Assembly (NCBI GenBank): GCA_963806225.1
Contig: CAWDXG010000004.1
Location: 2,752,001-2,816,000, forward strand
DNA: 64,000 nucleotides
Direction: 5' to 3'
Source: an uncultured delta proteobacterium
Lineage (GTDB): Bacteria; Myxococcota_A; Polyangia; Polyangiales; Polyangiaceae
The notes below the pieces were generated by a model. The model saw only the letters and a list, made by a program, of their open reading frames with translations. It had not been told where the DNA came from and did no database searches. Below are positions 59,901 to 64,000 of the stretch, piece after piece. Position numbers and translations under genes: made by a program. Position 1 is the stretch's first letter; each line of letters begins with the position of its first letter.

Positions 59901-60076
59901 AACAATCGCGTCCGCAAGAGGATGTTGGCCAGGAGCCAATACGAAACGATTAGGATTGCACCGGCGAGCAGGACCCCGCGAAGCAGCCGGCACCAAAGAG
60001 CGCGCTTTGGACCGGACGGCGCGCGATCCGCGTCGCCGACGTGCTGGATGCCGGGGAGAGGGAGTGCATGCGTCAC
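56951..60076 (-). CDS. Large AsmA-like beta-rich membrane-anchored protein (about 1040 aa)
   Basis: N-terminal TM then ~850 aa of amphipathic beta-strands and a distinct C-terminal domain. ORF track starts at 60115; GTG 60076 preferred because of the promoter position. Confidence 0.65.
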   Translation of the reverse strand: MTHALPLPGIQHVGDADRAPSGPKRALWCRLLRGVLLAGAILIVSYWLLANILLRTRLFRNATSGSSVNFAITGNASELRFDYASAYSYFPGQAHVEGLTIRGRDRSVEWRLTLDHVNVKISLLDLLHHEFHATRVRASGLSLRARLRLHRRDVTPAVMAALPPIAGFADPPLLGTGPEPPPLTDANYNLWMVDLENVDVDHVREVWIQTVRSEGDSRIRGRWLFRPLRWLDVGPATVDAHQVDLSYGSHPLVTGLAGSFEATVHPLGLRQMKVRTLFDHISYRGELRGRAMLAGALHSFAPRSRVRSPRCEERFDANLVLDHGKLADGTRVLGKSTDCRLEASGLAFEATIVNELGIHRDLATLRTHLSGLRVSRLGVERARVVSIATTLTGRKLHLAQLLGDARFSLDVSGAETSDIGLWRDLFPSISSFVVRSGKVTAGGHAEGSVAKRHARARLHFSARHFRVEHGADRLTADITSVVPRLEVSLSGGWVAGAATVSATDIAVRRGRAALAGKLEAHVEMRRGTWASRTFDLSGSNVVLRDVSVGAARSGAAVLVVPSLELVAPRFTSARSRLRGQLSIDLPRAELVDLGRLRELLPLPGGVGLEGGRGTAKLRAHVDLGSLSLRGRGQLVLRRVRARVGSTKLFADVAARVSARTRVGAEGYTDLSGTTLRITRAGTGHAPTRQGAWWGNVLLRTATLRTRPRLFFVTKAHLTAKDANPAIAVVEQNLGVPAWAANIFRMPRLQADAEVRLSQSSFEVRSLVARGSGKAVQAEYAKRGGRQDGAVLLNLGWMDLGYDLADGATGLVILGPDRWFERKKAGLRNAAAAAKRQTEAAGQLARYNAMTREVRRKEARALAAQCGDEARSCDGASLAILLRSAADAGERTRLRGIAYAPVVVAAARGGTDGVAFDSLVVGSVAEAVRLGGESTLDHIPSVPFAVAANDPDRARGKVIAITGRVSLIRRRGGHAIGVLGTAANPVYFVTPFATEVAVGTSTRFRGVFVQHYASASGSPHAALVLVGTFNGLQAARRGGRRD

Positions 60077-60127
60077 CCCCGCGGCAATTTGTGCGTGACC
60101 GGGGCGACCCCCCATTCCTCGAACTCA

Positions 60128-60143
60128 TGCAGGTAGCGTGCCC
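60128..60143 (-). promoter_or_regulatory. sigma54 promoter of the AsmA-like gene
   Basis: Minus strand GGGCACG-ctac-CTGCA, GG-N10-GC. Confidence 0.68.
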
Positions 60144-60181
60144 CGGCGGAGCAACCCGCTGAAGGTTGAACGTGTCTCAGC

Positions 60182-60230
60182 TTGCATTTGCAGTTGCATT
60201 CGACAAATGCAAAGTCGTTCCAATATTGGA
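60182..60230. promoter_or_regulatory. AT-rich inverted repeats, candidate activator (UAS) or operator sites
   Basis: TTGCATTTG-N13-CAAATGCAA (60182-60212) and the perfect palindrome TCCAATATTGGA (60219-60230). Confidence 0.6.
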
Positions 60231-60252
60231 GACAACCTTGGGGGGATAGCGA

Positions 60253-61146
60253 ATGCCACCAACGACGCCGGAATCGCGCCGCGCCCGCGATATGCTTGAC
60301 GATTGCTTCAGCGCGGCGGAGCTCCTGACGCGGCACTTGGCGAATCGGTTGGCCGAAACCGGAATATCAACGGCCGAGAGCGAGGCGCCGCGGATCGTCG
60401 CAGCGGCCGCGAAATCAGGCGCCGACCTGGCCCAAAGCGCCGAGCTGATGCTGCAGCAGCGCTTGTCGGGCATGCCGCTTGCCTACGTTGTCGGCAGCGA
60501 GCCATTCCTCGGCATCGACATCCTGACCGGCCGCGGCGCGTTGATTCCGCGCCGCGAGACCGAGCTGCTCGGGCGCACCGCTATCGACGCCATCAAGGAG
60601 CTGTCGCACAGGGCGAGCGCCCGGATCGTCGACATGTGTTGCGGAGCCGGCAACCTGGCGTGCGCCATCGCCGCCAGCATCGAGCTTGCGCGCGTCTGGG
60701 CCGCCGATCTGACGGACGACTGCGTCTCGCTCACGGCGCGCAACGTAGCTCACCATGGGTTCGGCGATCGCATCGAGGTGGTACAGAGCGACCTGTTCGC
60801 CGCGCTAGCCGGGCTTGGTCTCGAGCGTTCGGTGGACGTTGCCGTCTGCAACCCGCCGTACATATCCAGCGCCAAGCTCGAGGCGAGCCGCCACGACCTG
60901 CTCGCGTACGAGCCACGCACGGCCTTCGACGGAGGGCCCTATGGGCTGAGCATCCAGCAGCGGGTCATTTCGGAGGCCATGCACTTTCTACGACCTGGCG
61001 GCGCGCTGATGTTCGAGATCGGCGCCGGTCAGGGCCGACAGATCAGCCGACTCTTCGAGCGTGCGAAGGGCTACGACGCCGCGCGCCTCGTTTCGGACGA
61101 AAGCGGAGAACCACGCGTGGCCATAGGCCGGCGACGCGAGGACTGA
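60253..61146 (+). CDS. PrmC/HemK-family SAM-dependent N5-glutamine methyltransferase
   Basis: R..G.PLAYVVG, ALIPRRETE, DMCCGAG, CNPPYI, EP..AFDGG, EIG..Q. Confidence 0.9.
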   Translation: MPPTTPESRRARDMLDDCFSAAELLTRHLANRLAETGISTAESEAPRIVAAAAKSGADLAQSAELMLQQRLSGMPLAYVVGSEPFLGIDILTGRGALIPRRETELLGRTAIDAIKELSHRASARIVDMCCGAGNLACAIAASIELARVWAADLTDDCVSLTARNVAHHGFGDRIEVVQSDLFAALAGLGLERSVDVAVCNPPYISSAKLEASRHDLLAYEPRTAFDGGPYGLSIQQRVISEAMHFLRPGGALMFEIGAGQGRQISRLFERAKGYDAARLVSDESGEPRVAIGRRRED

Positions 61147-61295
61147 CGCGCAGCGCGAGCAAGCAGCTCGGATGCCGGGACAGGGGAATCGCGCTTATCT
61201 GACAGCCGAATTGGCCGTACGGGCGTTCGAGGACCCGTGCCTGCCAACACAGTCGACCAAGCTCTCGCGCAGCAGCACAAGCCGCAAGGCAGGCC

Positions 61296-63483
61296 GTGAG
61301 CCCGCTTCTCGTCGGCGAGATCGCGATAGCGGCGATCGCCGCGCTTCTGGCAGCGCTGGAGGTCTTGCTCGGCAAGGGGCGCGGTTCGAAGGAGTACGTC
61401 TGGGCCGGGGCAATCTGCCTCGCCACATCTGTGTACGCGGCGCTGCAGTTTGGTTGCTACGAGGCCGGCAGCGCGGCTCACGCCGTGACGCTACAGAAAC
61501 TCCAGTACGCGACGCTCGCGCTATTTGTGCTCGCCATTTTCGAGTACGGCTCGGTACGGCGCGGGCTATCACGGCCGTGGACGCGACGGGTCGTGCGGAC
61601 CGTCGTGCTCTTGTCCTTGGTGCCGACGCTCGCAACGAGCGCGATCCTGTCGAACCAGGTCGAATGGCAGCGGTTTCCCACGCTCGATCACCGGGTGCCC
61701 GTGCCCGTCACGACGTTCCCACTCGGGGCGCTGTTCCTGGTCGTCTGTCTGCTCCTCGCCGCGCACGGAGCGCTCGACGTGCTCAGAGGCGCGCGACGCT
61801 CGCGCCTGCTCGTGGCAGGGCTCGTGCTCTGGGTGATCACCGGCGTACACGACATAGGCATGGCTCTCGACCTGGTCCGGGGACACTTCTACCTGCTGGA
61901 GTACGGCTTCTTCGGCTTTGCGGCGGGGCTGGTGGGCCAACGCGCCGCGGAGTACACCGCGCTTCTCGACAAGGCTGAACGTGCTCGCGACGACCTGGCC
62001 GAGCAGAAACGTGGCGTGGAGGAATTGAGCCGTGCCGTCATCGAGCGTGTAGACGAGGGCATCGCTTTCGTGGACCCGGACGGCGTCACCGCCATCTGGA
62101 ACCCGATGATGGAGCGCATCACCCTGCGCACGGCCGCCGAGGTTCTGGGCCGGCGGTTCGAGACGGCGATGCTCGATGGGAGCGATAGCCCGCTCCTGGC
62201 ACAGGCCATCGAACGAACGCGCCGCACGTGTGCGCCGGAGTCAGTCGAGTTCGCGACGCCCAACGGCCGGCAGGCGCACCTGGCGGTCGTGCCGGCAGGT
62301 GCCGACCGGGATTGTCAGAGCTTCATCATCGTGCTGCGCGACGTTACGCAGCAGCGCGATCTGACCGAGCGCATGATGGAAATGGACAGGATGATCGCTG
62401 TCGGCACCTTGGCCGCGGGCGTCGGTCACGAGGTCAACAATCCGCTCTCGTACGTCTTGACGAACCTCGAATTTGCCCGCGAGCGCATGGCGCGAGAACC
62501 GGGTGAGCGGTTTCGCGAGCTCGAGGACGTCCTGGGCGAGGCCGTCTCGGGTGCTCGGCGCATCCGCGACGTGGTCGCGCAGCTGCGCGACATGGTCCGC
62601 CCGGAGCAACACGCGCCGGCCAGGGCCGTTCCGGTGGCCCGCCTCCTCGATTGGGCGGCAAAGGTCGCCAATGCCGAGATCCAGTCCCGGGCCACGCTTG
62701 AACGCGACTACGATCCCGCGGCAAGCGTACTCGGTATCGAGAGCGAGATCGGGCAGGTGTTCTTGAACCTCATGGTCAACGCGGCCCAGGCGATTCCACC
62801 GGGAGCCGCGGCGCAGCATCGAATTCGCCTGGTCACGAAGCGCGCGGGCGACGTGGTGCGCATCGAGGTCAGCGACACCGGGTCGGGGATCCGCCCGGAG
62901 CAACTGGGTCGGATCTTCGAGCCGTTTTTCACGACCAAGGCCCGTGCGGTGGGTACCGGGCTCGGGCTGGCGATCAGCCGGCGCATCGTGCAGCAGCACG
63001 GCGGTCGCATCGACGTGGAGAGCGAGCTGGGCAAGGGAACACGCTTCATCGTGGAGTTGCCTGCCGCCGAGGCGGTGGCGTCCGTCCCGGCGCCAGCGCG
63101 GGCGCAGCACGTGCCGGAGCGGCGACGACTCCTGATCGTGGACGACGACGAGCTCGTTGCGCGCTCGCTAGCACGCGCGCTGCGCCGCGATCACGAGGTC
63201 GTCGTGTCGAGTAGCGGAGCCGAGGCCATGACGAGGCTCGCAAGCGACGACAACTTCAATCTCGTGCTGAGCGATATCATGATGAGCGACATGGGGGGCA
63301 TCGAGCTCTTCGATCGCATCGAACGCGACTACCCCGATTCTGTCGGGTCACGTCATGCTCATGACGGGCGGGTTGCTCACGGACGAGGCCAAGGCCTTCC
63401 AGCGCATGCACCCGGACCGCGTACTCACGAAGCCCATCGAGGGCGGCGCGCTCGAGAGTCTGGTCGCCCGCTTCGGGTCGTAA
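61296..63483 (+). CDS. Hybrid sensor histidine kinase (multi-TM, PAS, HisKA, HATPase, receiver); frameshifted at 63338-63339
   Basis: GHEVNNPL, FEPFFTTK, GTGLGL, receiver VDDD...DIMM. Deleting one T restores YPDLSGHVMLMTGG...LTKP...* ending at 63483. Confidence 0.9.
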
Positions 63484-63652
63484 CCGGATGCATCGCGCGC
63501 AACTCGCCCCTGTCCCATCGAGAGCAACATCGACGGCAGTTCCCAAAACATGCCAGGTTTCATCTTTGCAAAACCGAGCTGTTCTCGCTACTTGGAGATG
63601 GGAAGAGCCTCCAGGGACTATCGGGCGGGCCGGTTTGTCCGTTCCCCTAGCC

Positions 63653-64000
63653 GTGACACGACTAGCGAAGTCCCTGCACGGCCCCTCCCATCGCATTGCG
63701 GTCATCGATGACGACGCGGACCTTCGCGCCTCGTTCGCGGCAATGCTGCGACAAGATGGACACGAGGTCCGCGAGGCCGACAGTCCCGCTTCCGGCATCG
63801 AGCTGGTTCGCAGCTGGAAGCCCGAGCTGATCCTGCTCGACTACTATCTGAGCGGCGGGACCGGGGCCGAATTCGTTCGACAGTTGCGCGAATTCGAGCA
63901 CATGGCCCAGGTGTTGCTCGTCACGGGCTATGCGACCGAGCAACCCGGACGCAGGCTGCTGGCCGAGCTCGACATCCAGGGCTTCCACGACAAGAGCGAC
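63653..64000 (+). CDS. Response-regulator receiver-domain protein (partial, runs off the window)
   Basis: Hand translation: IAVIDDD...ELILLDYYL...G...LLVTGYA...GFHDK; absent from the ORF track because it has no stop. Confidence 0.88.
   Translation, partial: MTRLAKSLHGPSHRIAVIDDDADLRASFAAMLRQDGHEVREADSPASGIELVRSWKPELILLDYYLSGGTGAEFVRQLREFEHMAQVLLVTGYATEQPGRRLLAELDIQGFHDKSD

Noticed and set aside
63340..63650. C-terminal extension of the 784-aa hybrid kinase in the ORF track
   Set aside because: Out-of-frame read-through caused by the extra T; the true receiver end (MTGG...KP) is in the other frame and stops at 63483.
1..64000. tRNA, rRNA, IS or phage genes
   Set aside because: No cloverleaf, rRNA signature, transposase, integrase or phage structural motif recognised by eye.

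Overview
High-GC bacterial DNA. The Gly/Thr-linker Cys-rich lipoproteins, eukaryote-like Ser/Thr kinases, TPR-PEGA protein and ECF/anti-sigma module point to Myxococcota, probably Polyangiaceae-like (inference from gene content only). About 50 CDS; I found no rRNA, tRNA, CRISPR array or transposase. Blocks: (1) 1-7.5 kb, a minus-strand run of a putative beta-barrel protein, an ECF sigma factor, a TM/TPR anti-sigma-like protein and three lipoproteins, two of which share a near-identical Cys-rich C-terminal domain; (2) 7.7-41.8 kb, housekeeping and accessory genes (SDRs, TonB-C protein, cyoE, aminotransferase, tatA, two kinases, msrB, lytic transglycosylase, APC-USP transporter, GH18 chitinase, several surface lipoproteins); (3) 41.8-64 kb, an alternative complex III operon with no oxidase genes, an NtrC-type two-component system, an FAD monooxygenase, an AsmA-like protein, a PrmC/HemK-family methyltransferase and a hybrid kinase/receiver pair. 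Block 3 carries four correctly spaced sigma54 (-24/-12) promoters. Four otherwise intact genes are split by single-base frameshifts, most likely sequencing or assembly errors. Two small ORFs absent from the ORF track as discrete genes are proposed. All family calls rest on motif recognition; no searches were run.
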